NCBI GenBank assembly: GCA_964247055.1
Contig: OZ176052.1
Span: forward strand, 3,162,001 to 3,226,000
Origin: Paragordius varius
Lineage: Eukaryota > Animalia > Nematomorpha
DNA: 64,000 nucleotides
Direction of reading: 5' to 3'
In this document: one piece after another, positions 14,796 through 26,940 of the stretch
Layout: the number at the start of each line of letters is the position of its first letter
Numbering within the stretch: position 1 is the stretch's first letter
The notes under the pieces: generated by a model
Databases searched by the model: none
The model's input: only the letters and a program-made list of their open reading frames with translations
Told to the model about the DNA's origin: nothing
Program-made: the position numbers and the translations under genes

Positions 14796-15928
14796 TGGAA
14801 AATGTTAAAATATTTTAAAAAAAACCTGGTCAAATAATGGGTACAAATGGCTTGATTGAGTGTTTAATGCACTTGCACCCAAAAATAAATGTAACATAAT
14901 ATAATCCAATATTTTGTAGCGAACCCGTTTTTACTTTAATCCTAATTGATTTAACCAATGGCATTTATAAAAGCCGACACCTGGTTTTTTTATTGACTCA
15001 TCAAATTTTTACTTTTAAAAGAATGATAAAGTGATTTAACTTTAATTGACCTAAAATTTTAGATATATTTACTAGCGAATAAACTAGATTTCGCTATTTA
15101 AAATCAATAGCGATAAAATCTTAATATAAAAAGTAACATTACAGAAATTAAATCCAAAATTAATTATTTTTACACATTTAAATTATAACTTTTGTTAAAT
15201 TAAATACTTGTAATTAAAAGATTATTGCGTTAACTTTTGTTTGCCTAGATTCAATATTAACGCCAGTTTTTAATCGATTTTTCGACAAGCTTACTGGAAA
15301 TTTAATTAATTAATATTTTACATCCTTCCCTATAAAAATTGGAATAAATTTGTTTATAATTAAGATTTTGTTCAAAGTTGCACAAAAATTGCTCCCATTC
15401 CTAATCCTTTAATTGAATTTCAGATACAATTTAATGACAAAAATGACAAAATATCGGATATCACTCATATTTACAAGCTAACTAGTATAACAAAAATAAA
15501 AAAATTATTGTTAACTCAAAACAAAAAATTTATTATACATTGATTGGGGACGCGATGAATTGATATTAAAAATCACATTGCAATCTAATCCATATATATA
15601 TGGTCTAATAATGACTTTTTAAATAGGTATTTACTAGTTGCAAGATAGTTGGTGTATCAGTTCGATAACTCGTGTCCGCGTAAGGCCATTGACCAGTTGA
15701 GTCAGGTATTAAATCAAGGTGTTGAGAGTTCAAATATCTAATAAATCGATCAATATCACTCGGATTAGATAAAAAATTAGCATCGTAATTGTTAGGGTTT
15801 GAGGGTACGGGCGGAAATATTGCACTAACTGGCAAGGAGTTGGAAATTTTTAAGGCAAAAACACTGAAAATCAGAAAGCTAATAAAAATGCTTGACAGCA
15901 GAGATTTTCCAACCAATAGATGTGCCAT
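696..15928 (-). CDS. Prohormone-4 / IDLSRF-like neuropeptide precursor with LDLa domain (multi-exon)
   Basis: Exons 9063-9194 (LDLa: [41 protein letters not shown]), 3204-3356 ([30 protein letters not shown]...ELAVALS) and 696-895 ([33 protein letters not shown]...[15 protein letters not shown]) join with GT-AG, phase-1 junctions. They match the insect prohormone-4 layout as I recall it (CTAAKRPP...ESQTIEDFG...ENGD...KFFLEKL..TGFL). Signal-peptide exon 15635-15928 and 19-nt exon 10927-10945 are tentative. Confidence 0.85.
1305..2541. mobile_element. Foldback-type non-autonomous DNA transposon (Tc1/mariner-like ends), in an intron of the prohormone-4 gene
   Basis: Ends CACTGTGT (1305) and ACACAGTG (2541) are flanked by TA on both sides. 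Arms ~1305-1868 and ~1936-2541 are near-perfect reverse complements around a ~67-bp spacer; the right arm has a ~40-bp insertion. No ORF. Confidence 0.85.
3714..3757. mobile_element. Degenerate solo terminus of the hAT family seen at 5444-7726
   Basis: AGGCCTCATGCAGCCTGTGGGCAGCGGTTTGAGTACCA resembles the right end at 7685-7726 (GGGCCGCATGCGGCCCGCGGGCCGCGGTTTGAGTACCACTG). Confidence 0.6.
4520..4620 (+). mobile_element. Possible GIY-YIG endonuclease relic of a Penelope-like element
   Basis: Short frame reads FYIGKTTR, like the YIG-x-T-x-R motif. It is surrounded by stops and no RT was recognised. Confidence 0.3.
5444..7726 (-). mobile_element. hAT (Buster/SPIN-type) DNA transposon with decayed transposase
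   Basis: TIRs CAGTGGTACTCA (5444) and TGAGTACCACTG (7726). Perfect 8-bp TSD ATTTATAG (5436-5443 and 7727-7734) fits the nnnTAnnn pattern. Minus-strand fragments [19 protein letters not shown] (~6390-6445), CFHQQSL (~6570-6595) and [30 protein letters not shown] (~5730-5820) are transposase core and dimerisation motifs. Many stops and frameshifts. Confidence 0.95.
8430..8463. repeat. (TA)n microsatellite
   Basis: Direct reading. Similar tracts at ~14755-14795, ~17360-17384, ~36565-36601 and ~62046-62068. Confidence 0.95.
8655..8917. mobile_element. MITE with ATATACCATTT(A/G)CA terminal inverted repeats
   Basis: Left ATATACCATTTACAGTTCAAATTCACCCTTGAACAATTC; right GGGTGAATTTGAATTGTTCG...TTGTAAATGGTATAT. 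Same termini as 40643-41169 and a solo end at ~59315-59348. Confidence 0.75.
9330..9760 (+). mobile_element. Highly decayed RTE-like LINE 3' fragment
   Basis: Fragments LYGSDKWVI (like LYGSETW) and FMGHV (like WFGHV) occur in the expected order among many stops. Confidence 0.4.
14030..14102. mobile_element. Solo right end of the same hAT family
   Basis: GCACTCTTAGGGCCG...GGTTTAAGTACCGCTG matches 7677-7726. No matching left end with a TSD found. Confidence 0.65.
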
Positions 15929-18900
15929 AAAATAAGATATCAGTTTTCTCGATATACAGAATAAAATTAGATAACTATATAAAAAATAGAAAATATCTGT
16001 GTGTTGGGGAATACTATATGCAAATTTAACTGAAAAAGTTATCCAACCTACATATTAGCCTATAAAAACAATCTCTTTTAAGTTTTTACATTACGTATTT
16101 GTTGGTAAATTTTAATTCTTATCTAAAAATAATCAGAAGTATGCAAATCTAATGCCCGTTAAGATAGTTTATAATTTATAATATGTAAGTAAAATTGTTT
16201 GTTATTGTTACTATTCAAATACGATCCTTTTTTATAAAGATAAACCAAAAAGCCTTTAACAAAAAAACTTAAAAGTTGTATGCATTAGTTCAAAAATTTC
16301 CCTTTTTTTGTTTGCATTCTAATCTTTATTAAAATTTTTAGGGTAAACTTGTTTTTATCAGTGTTAACCAAAATTTGGTTAAAGATAAGGGCGAGAAATC
16401 TTTAAACCGAATAATATACATTATTTAGTTAATAATATATTTATATTGACTTTTAAATAATTTATGCGATTATTACAATGAAATATTAGATATCATAACA
16501 AGGTAGTATAGAAATAACCTTTAATGATATTCCACACGCAAAAATAAAATTTTATATACGTTTTCAAGAGTATATTTTAAAAAATTTTATACTCTTATTT
16601 AAAACGATTGTCGTATTTTTTAAAAAGCATGCCTGATATTCTAAGAATTACATTCATAAATTATTTTTTAATTATACACTAGAATTATTAATTTATATTA
16701 ATTATTTATCACGTTAGGAAAAACCTTTTAAGATTTACAATGCAGTGTCCAAAAACAGTGCGCTCAAAAAAATATTAACGATATATTCTGGCATAAAAAT
16801 TTTGGATTTATATGGTGCTTTAAGTTTTAGAGCTAACGAGTCATTTTATTATAGTACATTGACCTTTATAATAATGAAAATAGTCGTGCTTCACGATTAA
16901 AAAGGAAAAGTTTAAAGCCGAAAAAAGTTTTACACTTATAAACTATATTTAGAAAGCTAAGCAATACATATATTTAAAAAATTAACCTTTGTTAAAATCA
17001 TTATAAAAACATATAACATAATTTATAATCAAATTTGTATGTGAATTTTGATACTTGATCGTGTATTGCCTAAATTTTAATGATATTTATATAATAAAAA
17101 AAAATTGATTTAGTGATATATTTTTTAATAGATGTTAGATAAAAATAGTCATACGGCCTTATGACCTGATAATTGTCAATGATATAAATTTATGGCATGC
17201 AAATATTTTAGGTTAGTTGACACACTATTATAAACTTTTTTAAAAAAGCATAAATTTTGCTAATTAGTTCAACATATGATCAGTTTTAAGACATTTATAA
17301 CAATAATTATTATTATGGCAGACTGCATGCGGCTGGCAAGACAAATCTTTACAACGTGTATATATATATATATATATATATATCGATTGCATATATCGAT
17401 ATACTCTCCTTTTATTTCAATAAAGTTTTGTCTTTACAATAAAATAAACGCTTTGCAAAATTAAACATGGCCCACAATCAGCAGCCCCAGCTTATCATCC
17501 CAAATCAAACTTTTAGTAATGTTTAAAAGCCAAAGTCAATTTAAGTCAAAGACTAGTTCTTAAATGGAAAATTTTATTATAAATTTGGATTGATGACAAC
17601 AAAATATATCTTAGAGGAGGGATGGTTAATAACATTGTGAATAGTGAAATATGTTTAAGTGTTAATATAAAATTTCATTTTTCATTAGTTTATTGCAGAA
17701 ATAATCTATCTAACCGCCTCTTTAATTATTTGGAAGATGCCACAACAATGCGTGACAGAGCATGGGAAAAATCTAAATGTAATATGAATGTCTGACTTTT
17801 CTAAATATCAAAACGCAATCAAACACGGCATAAATAATTTGCCTCTAATATATTTTATTCTAAGAAAAATTTATTTTTGAGATCAAAATAAAACGCTTTT
17901 TCGGATTCTTTTATTTTCCAATAATATCTTTAAAACTAAAACACAAAGTTTTAAGACAAATTATATTCAACACACCCTTTATATATAAAAATAAAATGAT
18001 CATAAATATTATTTTAATATTTATCATATTTTCATGCACAACATATCACAGAGAATGGCAATAAAAAGTATATTTGTGACTGTATGAGAGACTACTTTAA
18101 TATTTTGATACAGGAAGATAATTTAAAAAATGTATATAAACAAATAAAAAAGTAATTAATTTTTCATCCAAAAAACGACAAATGCTAAATAAATCTCATT
18201 ATGCCTTTCCATTTATGTGCAATAAATTAAAATTATTATATTTATATATATACATAAAAAATTAATGGGAATACGTAGTATAAAAAAGAATAAAGCAAAC
18301 GTTTTAAAACCTGGTTATATAGAAAAAAGATAATCGGTCAGAAACCTCTTAAATATTATGCATGTATGATATGAAGTATTTTATAAAATTCATTGAAAAA
18401 AAAGATTTTAAAAGTTTTGTCTTTGTAAATTAGATTTTGATTATCATTGCGTCAAAATGGCGGTATATTTTTTTATAAAAAAATAAATTTGGCCAGCTCT
18501 GTTTCTATCATTCCTTGGTAATAATCTAAATGAATATATGAATGAATAGTATATTAATAATATTAAATAATTTTGGAAAATGATTTATTATACTTATTAT
18601 ATATGCAAATTAAAAAAATTTTTTTTATTGAAAATTAATTTATACTATGGAATAGTATATTAAAAGAAACTTTTTTCTCTGATTTTTAAGTAAAACCATA
18701 AATCATGATTATAATACTTTTATGCCTTGAAAATTACACGATAAAAAGCTATAATTTTTTTCCAATAAATAATCAATTTAATTTTATGATTTAATCAATT
18801 CAGCATTAGTAAAATTAAAAATTATTACTGCTTCTCATTACTTAGTTAATGAAATAGAAACAAATAATAATTTTACGTGTTAAAAAACATGCAAATTAAT

Positions 18901-18972
18901 TAATTTTTTGCCTTTTTAATTTTGCTCTATAATCAAATTCAAATTATTACCAACGGAAAAAAAGTGGCAGTG

Positions 18973-21900
18973 TTATGTAGCAAATTTTCTTTCCAAATCC
19001 TCTTCTGGTTCATTATGAAAAGTTTCATTAAAATTATTATCCTTTGTATTTTGTTCATTGCTTCGAAATATGTGACTAAAATGGTTTATGGCAAAAGACG
19101 TGGCATTTTTACTATCATGATTGTTTTTGCCAGAGTTTAAATTATTATTATTATTGTAATTGGGGGAATGAGAATAATTGAAAAAATTTGACATTTTATG
19201 ATCGCTGGTTTCTTTTACTTTTTCTTGTCGTATTAATTTGGGCGAGTCTATGTGACTTTTTTGAGGGAAATTAGGCATTTTATCATAATCAGCATAATTT
19301 TCATTTTGATAATTATAATCGTAATATTCGTTTTCGTATTGGGCACCAAAACAATTGTTATAATCCGGGTACAAAGTTTCAAACATGGTAAAAAGTTTTG
19401 CAATTTCCTCCGGCCTAAATTCATCTATAAAGCACATAAACGTAAGGGTATTTTATATTCTTTAAATTAAAAAATACCAAAATAATAATGGTTTGTGCAT
19501 GCGTTATTAACAAATATATGTATAAGCAAATTTTAGTGAAATATTCAAAAGTATAAATGACATAATGTGAACAGTTTTAATAAATATGTATCTTTCAAAA
19601 ATGTAAAGCCAAATCCAATTATGATAGTATTACTTATATGTAATTACTTAAAGGTTTTATTTTTATAAAAAAATTAATTTAAACAAAATATGATACTGCT
19701 TCTTTTTTAAGGTGGCAATTTTTTATTGGGGCAAGTCCATTTTTTTACAAAAAGCCGAATTTAATGAGAAGACTGTTATTTTTTTAAATAAAGACAAAAA
19801 ACCTTAATTTTTTCAATAGTGCAGAATGGTGATGTTTTATAAGGGGTAAAGTATTCTCAACTCTATATTCCAATCTATTTAACAATACTCGTATCAGCTA
19901 AAAGAATCTTTTTTTTTAATTTTTTTACATTTTTTGCGCGTTATCAATTCAAAAACTACAGTATGGCTCCTAGAATAAATTTTTCCCAAAACAACATCTT
20001 TTTTAACCAAAAACTCAATTCGAAAACAAAACCAGTTTCATCGAAAATACAAAATAATTTTTATGATGTCATATACATACTTGGCCTTTTTCGATAAAAT
20101 TGCATTGCCATCACCATATTATTGATAAATCATCTCATTAAGAACTTTATATATTTATCGACTTAGTCTTTTTCCCTAAAAAAATTAACCCTAAAATCAA
20201 AAACCAATAAAAGTTATATACCCTTTTATTTATTAGTTTCACCGAAAACGTTCGCATAATTGATTTTGTCTTATGCATTTTACTTGGTCCTTTTTTTTCA
20301 ATAAAATTAGCCATTAATCCTGTTTTCAAAACCAAAAACTAATTTATACTAAAAACCCTCCGTTTTGATTGATAATATACTATTGGCCCCTTTAATATTT
20401 CTATTTTATATCTTACACATGTTTAGTTCTTTTTTTTCGATATAATTGTGTGGTATCTTGACCACAACATTCTTATTTGCAACAAAAAACCGAGAATTCA
20501 CAAACAAAAACACACCATGTTTTAACAAATAGTTTTTTCAAAAAGACTAAATTTAATAAAATTGCGTGGCTATTTTTTATCTCAATTTTCTTTTCAACCT
20601 AAAATGTTTAAAAAAGCCCAACGTTTTAATTAATGTTGTCATCAAAACCCTAAATTTTATCTCATATCCAATAGCGACTGAATCCCTTTTTTCGATACCG
20701 ACAGTTTTCTTGTAACCAAAACTCCGTTTAAAAACTTATAAAGCCTCATTTTTTCTTTAATAATTTTATTTTGTTTAATACTTGGTCTTTTTTTCGATAA
20801 AATTGCTTTGCTATTTTCATCTCCACCACAATGTTGTTTGCATTTGGTGACAAAAGTCGCAAATTCTTGGGGACCCATCCATTTCTCAAAGATTTCTGTT
20901 AAGGTTGTCCCTTTAGGTCTCCGTAAAAAAATTCGAACGAAAGCTATAAAATTTGATATGCGTTCTGGTGATTGCCAAACACGATATAAATCCGGCTTGG
21001 GTGTCATACTTATCAAGTGCATGTGAGAATAATCAAATTTTCGTTTCTGTATATGCAAAAAAAGAAAAAAAAAACGATAAAAAATGAAATATTGCAATTA
21101 TATATCATACATATCTCCCTTGAATTTTCATCCTCCAAATTAAGTATTATAAATTGTGTTTTTAAATACCAAAAATACTTATATTGTTTTAATTCTTAAA
21201 AAAATATTTTTTTATATAATCATTATAATACAGAAAAAATAATAAATTATGCCGTAAAGATTATTTCATTTTTTAAAGAGTTAAATTAGTTTAAAAAAAA
21301 TTATTTTTAGGGTGGATTTAATCATTCAAAATGTTTTAGAGCATTTTTGAAATGTTCAGGGGTAAATTTGAGGTTTAAATGGTATACATTATCTATCATA
21401 ACTTATGATAACATTTTTCAAAATAAAATATATCTTTGCAAAATACATAAAAAATGAAAACTTTCTGCTTTTCTAACAATATTATATTAATATTATACAT
21501 AAATATTAAAAATAATTGCAAATGTAATCAAATTAACTTGTTCGACAAAACCATGTCTAAATAAAATTCAAATTTTTCAAACATATTTATTGATGTAAAA
21601 AATTTTTGATAGAGTACAGACATCAAAAATCAATCTCTGATGAATTTTTGTTCTAAAAAACAGTCAACTTTAAAAGTTTAACCCAAAAATGGTTTATAAA
21701 ATTGTAAAAATCAAATGAATAATAATGAATTGATTACTCCTCCAAGTAGGTAATTGAGATCAGGAGTAAAATTATCAAGGGGTCGTTCATCCAAAAATTC
21801 AATGTCATAAAAAAGTTTGTAAGCGGTTGAAACGAAATTGCACATGGCAGCAGGGTAAGGAGGTTCATCATTCATCATAGTTTTTATATACTGGAGTTGG

Positions 21901-24900
21901 GAAATAAAATGCAATACGTATTACAAAAAAGTCATGTGAAATTATTATTCTAAATTATTTGTGTTAATTTAAGGAAAAAATACACGTGCTGAATATAAAA
22001 AATAGTTTGATTTGAAAAGTTTTAAATTAAGTAAATATATAAATGTTATATAAAAGTAAAAAAGTTATTGTTATTTAATGCCCAAAAAAAATTTGTAATT
22101 GATCAAAATTTATATAATAAATACGTTAATTTTTGACATATAAATATACATTCCATATTATTATTATCTTAGGACGTTTAATTTTAATTGAAATAACAAT
22201 AAAATAAAAATATTATGTTAACAATTTTTGTAATATATATTTAAAAATTTATAACCTTTATTAAAAAAATTAAATGTTATTGATTTTTATTAAAACAAAA
22301 AAATAACTGTTTTATTCAAAAATAAAAAAAATGTAATATTTAGCATTTTTAAAAAATATATAATTAAAAATTCTTAATAATTACTGTGGCTTCACGTCCA
22401 GAAACATAGAATAAAAATTCGATTCGCCCATGTGAATAAAAGCTATCAGGTGATGTGTTAAACAGCTGAAGTATGGAATTATGTAAAAATCCTGCTTCAT
22501 ATTTATAAGGTATAACACCAAACAAAGTTGCTACTGGTTCTATTGAATTAAAAACAATTGAAAAATTGATAAATTTATTTAATTTGTATGACAAAAAGTT
22601 ATAAATGTAAAAAAAAAACTAGCAGACCCCCCTTATATACATACCGAGCCAAGAATTAGTATTTAATCATTTTTAATTTTTTTCTGTAAAATATAAATAT
22701 TAATATCGAATAAATAAAATGGAATAATATTGAATGTTTAACATAAAAATTTAATATTTAATTTAAAAAAAGAGTCGTGATGCGGATAATTAACCATATA
22801 ATTCCGACAATTAGGATTATCAAGAAGAGAGTCTGTCAATGAGTTGGGTATTAATAATTTATTTTATAAAATATATTGAATACCATGATAACATTGTTAG
22901 GCACATATTAATAATAAAAAACTTTACATATATAAATCAATTAAAATTTTTTTTGTTATAAGATTCAAAAAGATGTGCGAAATTACCTTTGAATATTTTT
23001 TATAATTTTTCCTTTTATATATTACATATTCCGAATCATAATTCTTATTCCTCGCTGTAAAGATGCGTATTTTATTTTATATATATTGATATTATTTATC
23101 TATTTTTTGGTTCAATTTTTTGGTTTCATTTAATATTTGTTATTATATATTTTAGTGTATATTTTTTTATCTACTTTTATTCTTATTAATTATATTTTTA
23201 TTTTTTATGGGTGTTTTTTGTAAATCGCCATTCGCTATACGATGGTAGAGGCCAATAGGGATAAGGAATGTTGTAGAGTATGTTTTGCCAGTATAAATGT
23301 TGGTATCTGTTAAGAAATAAGTTATATGATTTAGTTGAAACTATGAGGGTAAAAAAAGTAAATTTTTTGTGCATTCAGGAGACCAGATACCGTGGAAATG
23401 GTACTAAGACGTTAGAGGGTAATTATAAAATGTTTTATTTAGGTTCTACGGATATGGTTACAGTGGGGTTGCTATAATAACGTGTCCAAGATTTGCCAAT
23501 CAAGTAATTGAGGTTAGACGTGCTGACAGTAGAATTATAAGTGTCGACCTATTGTTAAATAAGAGGATTTTTACTATCTTTAGCGTTTATGCCCCCCAGA
23601 GAGGGTTAACTAAACCGGAAAAAGATAAATTTTATGATTTGTTAGACGCAGAAATGACTTCATTAACGAAAGATAGAGAAATCATATTTTGTGGTGATTT
23701 CAATGGGCATGTGGGACAAAATAGAAGAGGTCTTGAGCCTTGGCACGGCGGAAAAGGTTATGGGGTAATAAATAAAAAAGTGGATAGTTTATTAAGATTT
23801 GCTCAATCTTAAAACTTAGCTATCACAAATACCTTTTTTACTAAAAGGGATAGCTACTTAATTACCTACGAAAGTGGAAATAAGAAGTCAAAAATCGATT
23901 ATATTCTGGTACCGCGAGAGTCTGTAAGGTTTGTTGTGGACTGCAAAGTCATACCTTACCCGCAGATTAGTATACATCATAATTTAATTATGTGTAAATA
24001 TATGACAAATATACCAATAAATGCTAAAAAGCGTAAGGTTATAGCGCCGAAGGTAATTAAATGAGATTCCTTAAGAAAGTAAAGAAAAATCTGTAGAAAC
24101 GGTAGGCACACTTAACAGGAACAACGATACAGAAAGTGTTTGGTCAGGTGGCCAAAAAATTAGAGAGGCGGGAGTTAAGGTGTGTGGAATGAAAGGTGGA
24201 AGAAATCAGGTTTGTATAGAGGCATGTTTAAAAGACGAAAGAGAAATCGCGGACAATAAAGCTTTTAAAAGATGGAGGTGTACCCACCACGCAGAAGACA
24301 AAGAAAAATATAAAGGGATTGATATGGAACTTAAAAGGCTTGTGATTATGATCAAACAAGAAAAGACGGCATCATAATATGAGGAGTTAAACAGTACACT
24401 ATGTCTAAACAACGTTTTGAAAATTGCTCGACAAAGACACAAAAAAAAGCTGGACTTGCCCTCTTACGCGACAGCTATTATAAAAAACGGCAAATTAATC
24501 AAGAGGAAGCGAAAATTTTGAAGAGATGGAGACTATTTCCAGGACCTTGAATTGGGGAGTGAAACGAATCTACCCGAAAAACCATTTATATCTCCGCATA
24601 TTGAAAGTATGACAAAAGAAGAAGTCCAGGTTGGTTTAGAAGAGATGTCTATAAATAAGGATGCAGATCCAGACGATATTAACATAATTTGTTGGAAAAT
24701 AATGTCAGAGAAAGGTATTGAATTGACGGATATTTTTAATAATGTAGTTACTATAGGTATGATACCAACTGAATGGAAAGAGAGTTTCACTGTTACCATT
24801 TTCAAGGGTAAAGGAGATATAAATGATTATAGTAAATACAGAGGGAAAAGTGTCGCACACAAGGAAGTTTTTTGATAAAATACTAGAGAAATGAATGAGA

Positions 24901-26897
24901 AAAATGGGAAGGCTAATTGAAAAGCATATAGAAATAAAAAAGGAGTTGCCTGGTATTTTAATCGATATTGAAAAGGCGTTTGACAGTATACCACGGAGTA
25001 TAATATGGTGGAGTATAAGACAAAAAACGTTCCAGAAAGTTACTAAAAATTGTAAAAAACATGTATGACTCTCACCATACCAAAGTTAAAACACACCAAG
25101 GAGTGTCAGATCCTATTGAAATAAACCAAGGCGTCTATCAAGGGTCAGCAATCAGTCCGTTACTATTTATAATATGCATGGACAAAATTTCAAAAGAAAT
25201 GGGGTAAAATATGGGCTGGTATTTTCTTTATGCAGCCTAATAGTGTTGTCAGACGAGTTGCATAAATTGAAAGAGTTGGTGAGCAAATGGATTGATGTTA
25301 CGACGGTACTGTTAAGTTAATAAAAAGAAAACGGATATTGCGGTGTGAAAAAACGAGAAATGGAATTAGAAGAAGGCTGGGTATCAAAAGAGGAGGAATG
25401 CAAATATTAGGAGCGATTTCAGCAGCAGATGGTTTAACGCAAGATATAAATTTTACAATTCATAGTTGGGCAAATTATAAAAGGTCTAAATGTTTTGTGC
25501 GATAAAAAGACTGATCTATAAATCAAGGGTAAGATTTACAGTGGTGTTGTACAGCCAATGATGTACAACTCACAGACATGGGCAATAAAAAAATCAGAGG
25601 AGAAGCACTTTGAGATTACTGAAATGACAAGGTGAAGAATGTCTACATAAGAGGAAGTACGGAAGTCAAACCGGTAACGCAAAAAATGATGTTAAATCGT
25701 CTAAGATTGTTTGGACATGTAGAAAGAAGAGATAATAACTACATTAGTAAAAAGATTGATGATTATATTGTGAAAGGCAAGAGGGGAAGAGGGCGCCCTA
25801 AAACGCGATGGATAGATACAATAAAGAGGGACATGGCAAAACTGAACTTAAAACGCGAGGACGCCATAAACAGGATTCTATGGCGAAATAGTTTACGGAT
25901 ATGACCGCTCGAAAGAGTGATATCATATAATGTAATTATTATTATTTTTATTCCCAATAAAATCATTTATAATGCTGCAAATATGATATATAGACGTTCC
26001 GCATCAAATTTTTTATTGATGAAAAATAAAGTCATTGAGTAGTGCTAACGAACAAATTATCATTGACAAGGAGGCTTTTAACATAAGTTTGTATTTTTAG
26101 TGTAAATTTAAATTATTTAAGCGTTTAAATAAAACATTATTTCACGAACTTTAAGTTAATATAGTCATAATTTGTGGGGAAAATTAAAAAATACATAATA
26201 TTTGACTCATTCAAAACAATAAACTAGCGGTTAAACTTACAAATACAAAATGCCTAACTATCATTTTTTTAAATATACAAAATAATTAAAGATGTCAAGC
26301 AAGAAATTCGTAAATATATAATTTTACCTTTTGTCCATATTTCTGAAAAGTGTTTATTTTCTTTTTCGGGCCAATGTCTTCGTTTAAAATTCCGAAAAGT
26401 TAATGAATGTTTTAAATGAAATATATTAAATTGTGATATACGTTTTTGATCAATTAAATCCTAAAAAATATTATGCAATGGACGAGTTACTTGATAATTT
26501 TTAATACATGATTTTTTGGATTCAATTATATTTATGTCGCAATGGTTATTTAAACCGTCCTCAATAAATCGTTTTAACAATTCACCATTCCCTTAAATAT
26601 AATATATTTATACCTGGATTTATATAATAGAGTTTTGGTTTGTGCTTTAAAATTGGCATTAATTGTTTAGATATTTCGGCTATATGTCATAAAAATAATT
26701 GGCAAACTTGTAAATTGGGGTTTTATGATGGTATAGTTAATGAGAGGGCTTCTTACAGCGGAGTTAACAACTTTATCAGCTTTTGTAAAGTTATCAAATG
26801 AGTCGATTAAGGCTGGATCAAGACACAAAGTTGACAATAAACGATTATCAAGAATATGTTTCGAGAAAATCGCTGTAGAAACCACATGAAGACGCAT
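18973..26897 (-). CDS. TFB2M: Mitochondrial transcription factor B / dimethyladenosine transferase, TFB2M-like (8 exons)
   Basis: Exons 26708-26897, 26614-26679, 26491-26591, 26328-26460, 22385-22539, 21738-21890, 20782-21046 and 18973-19424 splice in phase into one ORF. Motifs recalled from TFB2M: KPKLYYINPGNG (SAM motif I), WTKEPVATLFGVIP, SHGRIEFLFYVS, YKLFYDIEFLDERP, HLISMTPKPDL, FRPEE. TFB2M versus TFB1M is judged from remembered motifs only. Start codon and the 20782 donor are inferred. Confidence 0.8.
23225..25950 (+). mobile_element. Dead RTE-clade non-LTR retrotransposon (APE endonuclease + RT), antisense in TFB2M intron 22540-26327
   Basis: APE motifs LCIQETR, SVYAPQ, CGDFNGHVG and IDYILV. 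RT motifs IDIEKAFDSIPR and QGSAISPLLF; the catalytic YADD reads YAA-stop-stop. C-terminal LRLFGHVERR...RGRGRPKTRWID and an (ATT)n-like tail. Multiple stops and frameshifts. Confidence 0.93.
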
Positions 26898-26940
26898 CTC
26901 ACGCCTAACACCTTTACAAATGAATGTGTAAAACAAAACG

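Noticed and set aside
9800-17464. Short ORF-track entries at 9800, 12274, 13773, 13871, 14607 and 17276
   Set aside because: I/F/Y/K-rich chance ORFs in AT-rich intron, microsatellite or TE sequence, with no motifs.
22740-23060. Open stretches with splice-like ends first considered as extra TFB2M exons
   Set aside because: Exon 26328 joins directly and in phase to 22539 (WTK/EPVATLFG), matching the family alignment, so no extra exon is needed.
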